Source of the DNA: an uncultured Actinomycetes bacterium
Lineage (GTDB): Bacteria; Actinomycetota; Actinomycetes; Mycobacteriales; Jatrophihabitantaceae
Length of the DNA stretch: 64,000 bases
Direction: 5' to 3'
Assembly: GCA_963708805.1 (NCBI GenBank)
Contig: CAVPUA010000003.1
Coordinates: 750,455 to 814,454 of the forward strand
Part shown: positions 1-9,466 of the stretch, piece after piece
How positions within the stretch are numbered: position 1 is the first letter of the stretch
How the letters are laid out: the number at the start of each line of letters is the position of its first letter
Notes under the pieces: model-generated
The model's database searches: none
Told to the model about the DNA's origin: nothing
Seen by the model: the letters and a program-made list of their open reading frames with translations, nothing else
Translations under genes and position numbers: made by a program

Positions 1-72
1 ACGATCTCGACGGCTGGGCTCACCTACTCATTCTTCCAGCTCAGCTCTTCCCACCGGGCCAAGTGGATCAGG

Positions 73-603
73 TCACGCGCCCACGTCGTGGGCGTGATGC
101 TCCACGTCGTGCAGGAAGTACTTGCCCAGCGTCTCGACGGTGAACCTCGAACCGTTCGAGCGCCGGCCCGGCCGAGTCCACGCCTGGTCGGGCACGCTGC
201 TGAACACGGCCGCGACCGTGGCGGCGGCGCGGTCGAGCTCGTCGGCGACCAGCGTCGGGTCCTGCGTCCAGTACCGCTCCTCGAGGGCGGTCGCGTCCTG
301 ATCCCAGTTCGCGAACTGCGGGTCGTCCTCGGTGAGCATCAGCGACGCCCTGGTTGCGAAGATCCGGCAGACGTCACGGACGTGCGCGCCGTACTCGAGC
401 GCCGACCAGGTGACGTCATCCGGACGATTCGCCGAACCGTCGGCCCGGACAGCGCCGGCCAGCCGCCCGGCCGCGTCGAGGGCGCGGGCGGGGATTTCGG
501 CCCGATCGATCGCGGCCGCGTCGTAGCCGCATTCGGCACAGGGCGCGTCGAGAACCCACGTCCAGTCCTTCTCGTCCGGTATCGGTGTTGTCGGGTCAGT
601 CAT
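73..603 (-). CDS. DinB-family (DinB_2 / MDMPI-like fold) protein
   Basis: Intact 176-aa track ORF with high third-position GC. WSALEYGAHVRDV and C-terminal FLHDVEHHAHD His motifs resemble DinB_2 four-helix-bundle proteins. Confidence 0.6.
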   Translation of the reverse strand: MTDPTTPIPDEKDWTWVLDAPCAECGYDAAAIDRAEIPARALDAAGRLAGAVRADGSANRPDDVTWSALEYGAHVRDVCRIFATRASLMLTEDDPQFANWDQDATALEERYWTQDPTLVADELDRAAATVAAVFSSVPDQAWTRPGRRSNGSRFTVETLGKYFLHDVEHHAHDVGA

Positions 604-681
604 CGGGCGCTCCTGCGGTCGTCGGAACGCAACAAGATCACGGGCGTCAACCCGATTCGGACGGCCGCGCCGGGAGCGCCG

Positions 682-981
682 TCAGTCGAGGTCGAACGCG
701 GCGTGAATGGCCCGCGACAGCGCAGTCTCCTGCTCGGGCAACAGCCGGCCGAGCTGCCGGCCCAGGTCAGTGACGGAAATGGTCACGATGTTGTCGAGGT
801 TGACAACCCAGGCATGATCCAGCCCGTTCGCGGCACCGAGCGGAACCTCGACGGAAAGTCCGCGCACGGTACTCGTGATGGGTGCGACGGTGACGAGGTT
901 GCGCCGCGGTCGCACCTGATCTCGCGTCAGCACCACAACGGGGCGCGTCTTGTCGAGTCTGGCGAGGTGAATAGGGCGCAT
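682..981 (-). CDS. mazF: type II toxin, PemK/MazF family
   Basis: 99-aa ORF with PemK/MazF-like pattern (RPVVVLTRD, VTVAPITST). Its ATG overlaps the stop of the upstream small ORF (TGATG). Confidence 0.75.
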   Translation of the reverse strand: MRPIHLARLDKTRPVVVLTRDQVRPRRNLVTVAPITSTVRGLSVEVPLGAANGLDHAWVVNLDNIVTISVTDLGRQLGRLLPEQETALSRAIHAAFDLD

Positions 982-1220
982 CAGTCGAGTTCGGCCAGGG
1001 GCACCCTGGCCGCGAGCCCGGCCAGACCGGCGAACTCGTCGTCCGCTGTGCTGATGGACGCGTAGATCGCGGCATCGCGTTCAGCGGCAAGCCGTCGCTG
1101 CTCACGCGTGATGGCGTGCCAGATGAAGTCGGCCCGGCTACGGGCGGCCCCGCTCGATACCTGCGCGTCCACGAACCTCACGAGCTCGTCGGGAAGGCGA
1201 ATGGCGATCTGAGTGCTCAT
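981..1220 (-). CDS. type II antitoxin, ribbon-helix-helix type (MazE-like)
   Basis: 79-aa ORF immediately upstream of and overlapping the toxin gene. The N-terminal MSTQIAIRLPDELV is an RHH-type beta-strand motif. Confidence 0.65.
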   Translation of the reverse strand: MSTQIAIRLPDELVRFVDAQVSSGAARSRADFIWHAITREQRRLAAERDAAIYASISTADDEFAGLAGLAARVPLAELD

Positions 1221-1271
1221 ACCAAAACGGTACCAGGGTGGGATTCAAGCTGTGCTCAGCGGCGCGACGGC

Positions 1272-2090
1272 TCAGTGCGAGACCTGATCTGCGGGCGGGG
1301 CAGCGATGGACACCGGCTGGTCGTAGTTGCTGACAGTGATCTTGGTCGACGCGTCCTGACCGCCCACGGTCAGGTCTTCGGTGAGCTGGACGAGCCGGTT
1401 CTGGCTGTCCAGCCAGGCTTCGAGGGGTAGCGTCGCGATCCCCGCCGCGCCCAGTGTGGTCGAGGCCGGGTTTCCGGGCGGCAGCTTCGCGACGTCGACC
1501 ACGATCGAATAGTGCGTCGTGGCCTGGCCGTCGATCGTGGCCGGCCCGTCGTCGGTGACGGTGGTGGCGGCCTGGGCGAGGGCGCTGTAGGAGCTGAGCG
1601 AGGACTGCGACAACAGCGATCCGGTCGTCGTGCCGAGCGTGCGGGCGAGAGGATTGCTGCTGGTGGCGTCGGCGAGCAGCCAGGGCTTTCCGGATGACTC
1701 GATGCCCGGCAGCTTGGCGTAGACCTGGGTGCCGATGACCCTCAGTTCGACCGAGCCGAAGCCGGGCAGCGCCTCGGTCACGTCCATCGCCGTCAGCTTG
1801 CCGCCGGAGATCGACTCGTCGCCGCTGGCGGTGATCTGCTGGCCGGCCACGCTGACCGACAGATCGAGATGCAGCGAGCTGGTCTGAGCCAGGCTCTGGG
1901 ACAGTAGGGCGGCGAGGGTAGGCCCGTTCGTCGCACTGCTGCCGGAGACGGGGGCCCCGGTGGCGCCGCCGCCGGCGCCCGCCGCGCCGGCTGGTGCGCC
2001 GTGGCCAGGAGTCACGTTCGCGCAGGCGGTCAGCAACAACGCCGCGCCGACGAAGCCGGCCGCAGCGGCCGGATATCGGACGCGATTCAT
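1272..2090 (-). CDS. putative lipoprotein (LppX/LprAFG-like, tentative)
   Basis: 272-aa ORF with a signal peptide ending in lipobox LLTAC followed by an Ala/Gly-rich linker. Family assignment rests on overall resemblance only. Confidence 0.6.
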   Translation of the reverse strand: MNRVRYPAAAAGFVGAALLLTACANVTPGHGAPAGAAGAGGGATGAPVSGSSATNGPTLAALLSQSLAQTSSLHLDLSVSVAGQQITASGDESISGGKLTAMDVTEALPGFGSVELRVIGTQVYAKLPGIESSGKPWLLADATSSNPLARTLGTTTGSLLSQSSLSSYSALAQAATTVTDDGPATIDGQATTHYSIVVDVAKLPPGNPASTTLGAAGIATLPLEAWLDSQNRLVQLTEDLTVGGQDASTKITVSNYDQPVSIAAPPADQVSH

Positions 2091-2234
2091 GAGCGCTAAG
2101 TTACGGCATTGACGGTCTGCTGTACATGAATTTCACGCCCCCGATCACTGCTGTGCAGTCCACTCGCGGGGTGGACCGAAGGCGGTTCGGGCTGTTCAAG
2201 ATCTGACGACGCGAGCCGCGGTCGGCACCTCAGG

Positions 2235-3884
2235 TCAGAGGGGCCTCAACAGGTCGTCGGCGTCGACGATCGTGTACGCGTAACCCTGCTCGGCCAGGAA
2301 CCGCTGCCGGTGCGCGGCGTACTCGGCGTCCAGGGTGTCGCGCGCGATCACCGTGTAGAAGTGGGCCTGACGGCCGTCCTTCTTGGGCCGTAGCACGCGT
2401 CCGAGCCGCTGCGCCTCTTCCTGGCGCGACCCGAACGTCCCGCTGATCTGGATCGCGACCGCCGCCTCGGGCAGGTCGATCGAGAAGTTCGCGACCTTGC
2501 TCACGACCAGCACGCGTGATTCGCCGCGACGGAACTCGTCGTAGAGGCGCTCGCGCTCCTTGTTCGTCGTCGATCCCTGGATGATCGGGGCGCCGTCCAG
2601 TTCGGCCGAGACGTCGTCGAGTTGGTCGAGGTACGCCCCGATCACGAGCACCTGGTCGTCCGGATGCTGGTCGACGATCGTCTTGATCACCGGCAACTTC
2701 GTCCGGGCGGTGGCCGCGAGCTTGTAGCGGTCCTCGGGCTCGGCCGTCGCATAGCTCATACGTTCGGCGTCGGTGAGCGTCACGCGCACCTCGGTGCAGT
2801 CGGCCGGCGCGATCCAGCCCTGGTTCTCGATGTCCTTCCACGGCGCGTCGTAGCGCTTGGGGCCGATCAGGCTGAAGACATCGCCCTCGCGGCCGTCCTC
2901 GCGGATCAGCGTCGCCGTAAGGCCGAGCCGGCGCCGCGACTGCAGGTCGGCAGTGAGCCGGAAGATCGGGGCGGGCAACAGGTGTACCTCGTCGTAGATG
3001 ATCAAGCCCCAGTCGCGCGAGTCGAACAGCTCGAGGTGGCGGTATTCACCCTTCCGGCGGGTCGTCATCACCTGGTAGGTGGCGATGGTGACCGGGCGGA
3101 TCTCCTTCTTCTCACCGCTGTACTCGCCGATCTCGTCCTCGGTGAGCGACGTGCGTGCGAGCAGTTCCCGCTTCCATTGGCGACCGCTGACGGTGTTGGT
3201 GACCAGGATCAACGTGGTCGCCTTGGCGTGCGCCATCGCCGCCGCGCCGACGAGTGTCTTGCCCGCGCCGCAGGGCAGCACGACCACGCCCGAGCCGCCG
3301 GCCCAGAACATGTCGACGGCCTGTTGCTGGTAGTCGCGCAGCACCCAACCGTCCTGATTCAGATCGATCTGGTGCGCCTCGCCGTCGACGTAGCCGGCGA
3401 GGTCTTCGGCCGGCCAGCCGACCTTCAGCAGCGCCTGCTTGAGCCGACCGCGCTCGGACGGGTGGACGAGCACCGTGTCGTCGTCGACGCGGGTGCCCAG
3501 CATCGGGGCGATCTTCTTCTGCCGCAGGATCTCTTCGAGCACGGCGCGGTCGAGGCTGATCAGGGCCAGGCCGTGCACGGGGTGCTTGACCAGCTGCAGC
3601 CGTCCGTAGCGATCCATCGTGTCGGCGACATCGACCAGCAGCGCGTGCGGCACCGAGTAGCGGCTGTAGCGCACCAGCGCGTCGACGACCTGCTCGGCGT
3701 CGTGGCCGGCCGCCCGCGCGTTCCACAGGCCCAGCGGCGTCAAACGATAGGTGTGGACGTGCTCGGGCGAGCGCTCGAGCTCGGCGAAGGGCGCGATGGC
3801 GGCGCGGGCCTCTTGCGCCATGGGGTGGTCGACTTCGAGTAGCAGGGTCTTGTCGGACTGGACGATCAGGGGTCCCTCGGTCAC
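2235..3884 (-). CDS. XPB/Ercc3-type DNA helicase (superfamily 2)
   Basis: Track ORF 2235..4025 carries helicase motifs VLPCGAGKT, DEVH, GLTAT and QRLGRVLRP, plus the N-terminal GPLIVQSDKTLLLEVDHP seen in mycobacterial XPB. I prefer GTG at 3884 (549 aa) because ATG 4025 would overlap the divergent gene start (CATG 4023-4026). Confidence 0.85.
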   Translation of the reverse strand: MTEGPLIVQSDKTLLLEVDHPMAQEARAAIAPFAELERSPEHVHTYRLTPLGLWNARAAGHDAEQVVDALVRYSRYSVPHALLVDVADTMDRYGRLQLVKHPVHGLALISLDRAVLEEILRQKKIAPMLGTRVDDDTVLVHPSERGRLKQALLKVGWPAEDLAGYVDGEAHQIDLNQDGWVLRDYQQQAVDMFWAGGSGVVVLPCGAGKTLVGAAAMAHAKATTLILVTNTVSGRQWKRELLARTSLTEDEIGEYSGEKKEIRPVTIATYQVMTTRRKGEYRHLELFDSRDWGLIIYDEVHLLPAPIFRLTADLQSRRRLGLTATLIREDGREGDVFSLIGPKRYDAPWKDIENQGWIAPADCTEVRVTLTDAERMSYATAEPEDRYKLAATARTKLPVIKTIVDQHPDDQVLVIGAYLDQLDDVSAELDGAPIIQGSTTNKERERLYDEFRRGESRVLVVSKVANFSIDLPEAAVAIQISGTFGSRQEEAQRLGRVLRPKKDGRQAHFYTVIARDTLDAEYAAHRQRFLAEQGYAYTIVDADDLLRPL

Positions 3885-4023
3885 CTGACCATTGTTCCAG
3901 GTACGGACGACATCGGGTGTCGCTCCAGAGATCCACCCCGTCTCCACCCCCAGGTTGATTCGCCTGGAGGCGCCGGCGGCGAGTCTTGAACCAAGCGAAA
4001 CGCCACCTCCCGAAGGAAACGAC

Positions 4024-4554
4024 ATGAGCCTGTCCGACTACATCCTCGATTCAGTACTGGTCCTGCTGGTGCTGCGCCAGATCAGGGTCGCCCGCTTCGA
4101 CCGGAAGGCGATGCTGCTGCCACTGGTCATCGTCGGCGTGGTCGCCCACAGCTACCTGAACACGATCCCGACCGCCGGCAACGACCTGGTGCTGATCGCC
4201 GCGCTGACCGGCCTGGGCGTCCTGCTCGGAACGCTGAGCGGGGTGACCACGCGAGTGTGGTCCGACGGCGGCAAGTACGCGCTGGTGCAGGCGGGCCCAG
4301 CTGCCGCGGGGCTCTGGGTGCTCGGCATGGGCTCGCGGTTCGCGTTCATCTTCTACTACACGCACTTCGGCTCGAGCGCCGTCACGAACTTCAGCATCGC
4401 CCACGACATCACCGGATCGACCGCCTGGACCGCCGCCCTCGTCCTGATGGCGCTCGGCGAGGTCCTGTCCCGGACGGGTCTGCTCTATGTCCGCAGCCAC
4501 CGGGCGGTGACCGGGACGCCCACCCCGTCCCTGCAGTTCGCCGGCGCCCGCTGA
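4024..4554 (+). CDS. integral membrane protein (DUF1453-like, tentative)
   Basis: ATG at 4024 inside track ORF 3892..4554 gives 176 aa with 4-5 hydrophobic helices. An intrinsic terminator follows. Confidence 0.6.
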   Translation: MSLSDYILDSVLVLLVLRQIRVARFDRKAMLLPLVIVGVVAHSYLNTIPTAGNDLVLIAALTGLGVLLGTLSGVTTRVWSDGGKYALVQAGPAAAGLWVLGMGSRFAFIFYYTHFGSSAVTNFSIAHDITGSTAWTAALVLMALGEVLSRTGLLYVRSHRAVTGTPTPSLQFAGAR

Positions 4555-4586
4555 CGGGTCGACGCCGGGCCGAGTGGCCGATTCTG

Positions 4587-4626
4587 CCGCGAGTGGTCGC
4601 CTACGGGCGGCCACTCGCGGTTTTTT
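4587..4626 (+). terminator. rho-independent terminator
   Basis: Perfect 10-bp stem CCGCGAGTGG / CCACTCGCGG with a 14-nt loop, followed by TTTTTT, 33 nt after the stop of the membrane-protein gene. Confidence 0.75.
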
Positions 4627-4653
4627 CGGCCACTCACGGTGAACTAGATCGAT

Positions 4654-5350
4654 TCAGTCACCGAGACCGTTGCGCCAGGCCCAGGCGACCAGCCCCGGAC
4701 GGCCGTCGACATCGAGCTTGGACAGCACGTGGTTGAGGTGCGTCTTCACCGTGGCCTCGCTGACCACCAGCCGCCGGGCGATCTGCTGATTGGTCAGCCC
4801 CTCGGCGACCAGCCGGACGACCTCCACCTCGCGCCGGGTCAGCCCGTCGGGCTCGTCGCCGGACGGATCGTGGCCCAGCGAGCCCGGCGAGCCGGCGAGC
4901 GGAGCCCGGCGAGCCCGCTGAGCCCGCCGGGGATGCAGGGCCCTCCCGCAGGAGTTCGACCAACCGCCGCTGGACCGTCTCGTCGAGCACCGTCCGCCCG
5001 GCAGCCACCTCGCCGATCGCCGCGGCGAGCGCCTCGCTCGAGGCGTCCTTGGTGAGATACCCGGCCGCGCCCGCCCGCAGAGCAGGCAGGATCGCGTCGT
5101 CGTCGGCGAACGTCGTCAAGATCAGCACGCGCGTCTCGCCGCCGACGGCGGCCGCGACCTGTGCCCCGTCCAGGCCGGGCATCCGCAGGTCGCACAACAG
5201 CACGTCGGGTCGCAGCGACCGGGTCAGCCGCACGGCCTCGTCGCCGTCGACCGCGGCGCCGACGACCTCGAGGCCGTCATGCGCCGACAACAGCAGGACG
5301 AGCCCGTCGCGCACGACCGCCTGGTCGTCGGCGACGAGGACGCGGATCAC
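4654..5350 (-). pseudogene. NarL/LuxR-family response regulator, frame interrupted in linker
   Basis: The receiver domain (VIRVLVADDQ, DVLLCDLRMPGLDG) lies in track ORF 4658..6451. The LuxR HTH (LTRREVEVVRLVAEGLTNQQIARRLVVSEATVKTHLNHVLSKL, stop 4654-4656) is in another frame. The 697-nt length is not a multiple of 3, and the shift lies in the GC-rich imperfect repeat at about 4875-4930. Confidence 0.8.
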
Positions 5351-6486
5351 GGGGTCACCACCGGAAGCGTCAACTCGACGAGCCAGCCGCCGCCTTCCTG
5401 AGGACCGGTGCGCACCTGACCGCCGCAGTCGGCCACGCGCTTGGCCATCCCGGCCAGCCCCGTGCCGCTGCCCTGTCCGGTGACCGGCGAGTGGCCGGCG
5501 GCCGGCCCGAGGTCGCCGATCCGCACAACGAGGCCGTCCGTCCAGTCCAGCGCGACGACGACGGGGGAGCCGGGCGCGTACCGGGCCGCGTTGGTCAGCG
5601 ACTCCTGGACGGCGCGGTAGGCCGCCTCGCCGCCGGCGTCGGACACTGCGCCGGGCGTTCCCGACACCTCGAACCGGGCGTTGCCGGGGTAGCGCTCGAC
5701 CAGCGCCGGGATCGCGTCGACGCCGAGGCCGCCAGGATCGCGCAGTGCCCCGACCGCCGAGCGCGCCTCGATCAGCCCGTCCCGCGCGAGTTCGGCGGCG
5801 CGATCGAGCGGGGCCAGCACCTCGGGGCCGACGTCGGCCTTGGCGGCGACGGCCCGGATGGCCTGCAGCTGGAGCGACAAGCCAGCCAGGCTGTGGGCGA
5901 GCACGTCGTGCATGTCGCGCGCGATCCGGCCGCGCTCCTGGGCCGCGGCGGCCCGCGCCTCGGCCGCCCGGCTGGCCTCCAACTCGATCAGCAGCGCGCG
6001 CGCCCGGTCGCGTTCGACCACGAGCTGCTGGCGTTCGGCCACCCGTTGATAGAGCACAGGCACGGCGAGTCCGGCCAGCAGTCCGGCGATGCTGTGCGAC
6101 GCCCAGCCGACCGTCGCGCCGAACAGGATCGCTGCGCCGATCATCAGGGCCCGGCTCAGCTGCTTGGACGGAATCGAGGCCAGCCGGCCGACCGCAATGA
6201 CGAACGGGACGTAGCCCAGCCCGTTCGGTGCGGCCAGGATCGCGCCGAGACCCGCTGCGCAGACGACCACGATCGCGGTTGTGCGCAGGCGGTCGTCGTC
6301 GGCCGCGGTGCGCCACATCGCCACGGAGGCGATCACCATGAGCGCTCCGGCGGTGATCCGCTGCGCGACGCCCTCCGCCTGGTAGACGGTCGCGCCGTCG
6401 ACGGCCACCCACGCGATGATCGACCACCACCAAGGCAACGAGGTGAGCCATCGATCGAAGCCCGGCTGGGTCGTCTCAGTCGTCAT
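5347..6486 (-). CDS. sensor histidine kinase (HisKA_3 / NarX-DesK type)
   Basis: H-box MHDVLAHSLAGL, ATPase boxes ESLTNAARYA and GSGTGLAGM, and several N-terminal TM helices. I chose the start at MTTETTQ (ATG 6486). Its TGA overlaps the GTG of the response regulator. Confidence 0.85.
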   Translation of the reverse strand: MTTETTQPGFDRWLTSLPWWWSIIAWVAVDGATVYQAEGVAQRITAGALMVIASVAMWRTAADDDRLRTTAIVVVCAAGLGAILAAPNGLGYVPFVIAVGRLASIPSKQLSRALMIGAAILFGATVGWASHSIAGLLAGLAVPVLYQRVAERQQLVVERDRARALLIELEASRAAEARAAAAQERGRIARDMHDVLAHSLAGLSLQLQAIRAVAAKADVGPEVLAPLDRAAELARDGLIEARSAVGALRDPGGLGVDAIPALVERYPGNARFEVSGTPGAVSDAGGEAAYRAVQESLTNAARYAPGSPVVVALDWTDGLVVRIGDLGPAAGHSPVTGQGSGTGLAGMAKRVADCGGQVRTGPQEGGGWLVELTLPVVTP

Positions 6487-8863
6487 CGTCGAGCACGCTG
6501 ACCGCGGTGATCCGGTGCAGCGGGTAGGACTGCAGCCGCGCCGTCGACTCCTCGTGCCCGCGAAGCACTCCGCCGGCCATCGAGATCGGGACGATCGTGT
6601 GCTGCGACGCCGTGCCGTCCGCGTCGACGAAGCCGAGCCAGATCCGGCTGCCGGCGCGAATCGCATCGCGCAGCAGGCCGAGCGTGGTGGCCGACGTGAC
6701 GCCCGGGATCTGCTGGCCTATCGGCTGCACGCGGCGGGCGATCTCGGCCAGCGAGTCACCGGAGCGGATCCGGCGGACCACCTCGGCCAGCTGGACGTCG
6801 CTGTCGACCGCCGGGCGGGGGCGCACGATGCGTGAGGTCGGCCGCGCGGGTGCCCGGGGCGAGTCGGCGTTGACGTTCACGACCGCGCCGTCCGGGTTCT
6901 CGGCGGCGGGCGCGTAGCCGGCCTCACGCAGCACGTCCAGTACCTGCGCGACCGGCGACGCGCTGACGACGACGGTCGGGGCGAGGCGGCGCAGGCCGAG
7001 TGACTCGGCGTTGCGATCGCTCATCACCCGATCGAGCAAGCTCTCGTCGTCGCAGCGTAGGTACGCCGACGCGACCCCGGTTCGGAGCACGCCGTGGCGG
7101 CGGCCGATGTCGTCGATCAGGTACGAGAGCGCCTGCGGGATCGGAGTGGTCGAGCGTGAGGCGAAGAAGTCGGCCAGCTCGGCGGCGCTCTGCCCGGCGT
7201 CCAGTCCGCGGCGGATCGTGGCCTCGGTGATCCGGAAGACGCTGGCGCCACCCGAGGACTCGAGGTTGGCGACCAGCTCGAGTTCGGCCGCGAGATCACT
7301 GGCCGGGGGGCCGGGCACGACCACGGTGAGATCGGGCTGGACCAGGAACGTGGTGACCGGTGCCGGCAGCGCGATCGTCAGGGCGTCCTCGGTGGCCTTC
7401 ACCGATCCGGCCAGCAGCGCGCGGGTGTAGCCGGTCAGGCCGCCCGCCGCGGTGAGCCCGAGTTGGTCCGCCTCGAGCAGGATCTGCTCGGCCAGCACGC
7501 GCTGCGCGTTGGCCCGGCGGGGCGACTCCCACGCCAGCCGGTCGAGGACGGCCTGGGCGTCGCGCGGTCGCTCGCCGGGCGTCATGGTGGCCAGGATGCC
7601 GAGCACGCTGCGCCGCAGTGAGGCGATCGTGCCGCGCTCGGCGTCCGGACTGAGCGCGTTGATCACCTTGTCGCGCTCGCCGCGCTGCCCCACGAGCCCG
7701 GGCTGCCGCGACATCCCGAGCCAGGCGCTGGCGAGCGGCACCCACCGTTCGGCCGGCTCGTGCCGACGCCACAGGTCGAACTCCGACGTCGGCAGGAACG
7801 CCGGGTCGATGCCGTTGGTCGAGGCCAGCAGTCCGGCCGCCACGGCGACCTCGACGAGCAGCGCCGCCGTGGGTTCGCTGACGTCCAGGACCCGCGCCGA
7901 GCGGCGCAGCTCGCGGATGCCGATGCCACCACCGCGCAGGACCGGCGCCGGATGGCGCGCCCAGTCCTCGCCCAGTGCGTCGACCAGCCGCAACGTCTCG
8001 AGCACCGCGGTGGTGCCGGCGCGGTCGGCCTCGACCGGTGTGCGCTCGATGGCGACGACCGCCGGCGCCTGGAAACTGACGCCACCCAGCGGGCGGTCGC
8101 CGCGAACCGCAAGCCCGACCTCGCGCGGCAGCTCGACCGTGCGCGTGTCGATCGGCACCAGCAGCCCGCGGGCCACCAGCCGGACCGCCGGCGAGGAATC
8201 GTCCGGCGCGGCGGGATTCTGCGCGTCGCGGATCAGCCCGGCCGGCGGACCCGCGGCGAGGCGGTCCAGCACGTCGCGCTCGTCCGGGTCGACCTCGGCC
8301 ACCAGCTGGCCGACGCGCGGCAGGAGTTCGGCCAGGACGGCGCGAGCCGATGTCGGCTGCGTCATCGGCGGTAGCCCGAACGCCCGCAGCATCGGCGCCA
8401 GGACCACATCGGAACTCTGGCGCAGCAGCAGGGCGGCCGGGCGTCCGAGGCCGGCGGGGTAGGCGCCGACCGCGTCGGAGACGCCGGTGACCAGGTGCAG
8501 CGCGTCGTCCTCGCCCCAGACCAGCGCGCGGCGACGCAACCCGTCCAGTTCGCCGCGCCGGTCGATCGGCGGTAGCAGCGCCGACGCGGCATCCAGGTCC
8601 ACCCGGTTGTCGGCGGCGGTGATCACCAACGCCTCGAGGGTGCGCAGTTGCCCGGCGTCCAGGGCGTCGACGGCCCGCAGCAGCGAGCTCCGGACGCTGA
8701 TGCGACTGGCCAGCGTCGCGAAATCGCCGGGCGCCGGCAGCGCGAGGTCGGGCCGCAGCCGGAGCAGCGTCGTCAGCTCGTCGTCCGAGCGTCGACGTAG
8801 CCAGTCGGCGAGCGAGGCCGGCCGTCCCGTCGTCGAGGCCGCGCGCGCCGCGGGTTGGGACAT
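6476..8863 (-). CDS. helicase-associated protein (Helicase_C_3-type, Rv0862c-like XPB partner)
   Basis: Intact 795-aa ORF. The region DLTVVVPGP...FRITEATIRRGLDAGQSAAELADFF...IPQALSYLIDD matches the family that accompanies XPB in actinobacteria. Confidence 0.7.
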   Translation of the reverse strand: MSQPAARAASTTGRPASLADWLRRRSDDELTTLLRLRPDLALPAPGDFATLASRISVRSSLLRAVDALDAGQLRTLEALVITAADNRVDLDAASALLPPIDRRGELDGLRRRALVWGEDDALHLVTGVSDAVGAYPAGLGRPAALLLRQSSDVVLAPMLRAFGLPPMTQPTSARAVLAELLPRVGQLVAEVDPDERDVLDRLAAGPPAGLIRDAQNPAAPDDSSPAVRLVARGLLVPIDTRTVELPREVGLAVRGDRPLGGVSFQAPAVVAIERTPVEADRAGTTAVLETLRLVDALGEDWARHPAPVLRGGGIGIRELRRSARVLDVSEPTAALLVEVAVAAGLLASTNGIDPAFLPTSEFDLWRRHEPAERWVPLASAWLGMSRQPGLVGQRGERDKVINALSPDAERGTIASLRRSVLGILATMTPGERPRDAQAVLDRLAWESPRRANAQRVLAEQILLEADQLGLTAAGGLTGYTRALLAGSVKATEDALTIALPAPVTTFLVQPDLTVVVPGPPASDLAAELELVANLESSGGASVFRITEATIRRGLDAGQSAAELADFFASRSTTPIPQALSYLIDDIGRRHGVLRTGVASAYLRCDDESLLDRVMSDRNAESLGLRRLAPTVVVSASPVAQVLDVLREAGYAPAAENPDGAVVNVNADSPRAPARPTSRIVRPRPAVDSDVQLAEVVRRIRSGDSLAEIARRVQPIGQQIPGVTSATTLGLLRDAIRAGSRIWLGFVDADGTASQHTIVPISMAGGVLRGHEESTARLQSYPLHRITAVSVLDDDD

Positions 8864-8870
8864 CAGGTGG

Positions 8871-9080
8871 CTAGTCGCCAGCGAGGTGCGGGCGGTCCTC
8901 GGGGCCGGGGTGTACGTAGCCCAATGACTCGACCGGCAGCGGGAACTCGATGTCGTCGCCGAACGGGGACATCGACCCGGCGTTCTCGGCCGCGAGTTCG
9001 GAGACGTGGAACTCCTCGGCGACGGGCCGGGTGCGGACGGGCGGAAGATACGGCTCGGGAAGGTTCGACTGGCCGGTCAT
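8871..9080 (-). CDS. small conserved hypothetical protein
   Basis: MTGQSNLPEPYLPP... (69 aa) preceded by the SD-like GAAGGGG. High GC3, in contrast with the low-GC3 stretch upstream in the same 235-aa track ORF. Ends 8 nt before the helicase-associated gene. Confidence 0.5.
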   Translation of the reverse strand: MTGQSNLPEPYLPPVRTRPVAEEFHVSELAAENAGSMSPFGDDIEFPLPVESLGYVHPGPEDRPHLAGD

Positions 9081-9157
9081 CGAGATGCCCCTTCGGTGAT
9101 CTGTGCGAACGACCAGTGTCCCACGTTGCTCATAGCGGGCCCAGACGAGGCGTGACG

Positions 9158-9392
9158 CTAGTGCGCTTCCAGATCGCGCAGCGCCTGCGCGCTGGGCCTC
9201 GCGCCCGTGGTGGAGGGCGGCCCACACGGCGATCGCGAATCCGATCGGAGCGGCCAGGCAGGCCAGGTTCAGCCACAGCGGGGAGTTGTGGTGGCCGTCG
9301 AAGAACGGCAGCACGTCGATGACGATGAAGACCAAACCGACGACGAAGAGGATGAGTCCCGACTCGCACCATGCGCATCCGACGAGTATCAC
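9158..9392 (-). pseudogene. small two-TM membrane protein, probable 1-nt frame break near 9195
   Basis: GTG 9392 (VILVGCAWCESGLILFVVGLVFIVIDVLPFF...) gives two TM helices. After HHGREAQR a shifted frame reads AQALRDLEAH-stop (TAG 9158-9160), whereas the in-frame continuation has non-coding-like GC3. An alternative start is ATG 9479. Confidence 0.35.
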
Positions 9393-9441
9393 CGAATCAT
9401 GGGTGCGTTGGTTGCCGTGGGTGAGTAGCCTTACACGGGTA

Positions 9442-9466
9442 GCACCGCGGTGTGCGGTGCTTTTTT
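9442..9466 (+). promoter_or_regulatory. terminator-like hairpin in the csp leader
   Basis: GCACCGC-GGTGT-GCGGTGC followed by TTTTTT, ending 25 nt upstream of the csp start codon. Confidence 0.5.

Noticed and set aside
88-1065. 325-aa + strand ORF covering the DinB and MazEF genes. Similar long antisense ORFs occur at 2622-3842, 20016-21083, 39785-41152, 41083-42120, 42190-43188 and 60849-62165.
   Set aside because: They are Arg/Gly/Pro-rich translations with no motifs, lying antisense to genes with clear family signatures. This is the usual stop-codon-poor shadow ORF of a 70%-GC genome.
2150-2185. Hairpin GTCCAC-N7-GTGGAC downstream of the XPB gene as a terminator.
   Set aside because: The stem is short with no U-tract on the relevant (minus) strand, so I could not support it beyond chance.
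4875-4930. Response-regulator frame break as a programmed frameshift or slippery site.
   Set aside because: There is no heptameric slippery motif or downstream stimulatory structure. The break lies in a GC-rich imperfect repeat, and about 25 other genes show similar breaks.
4658-6451. 597-aa ORF that looks like one large protein.
   Set aside because: Only its 3' third (from VIRVLVADDQ) is real response-regulator sequence. The upstream two thirds are an out-of-frame read through the histidine-kinase gene.
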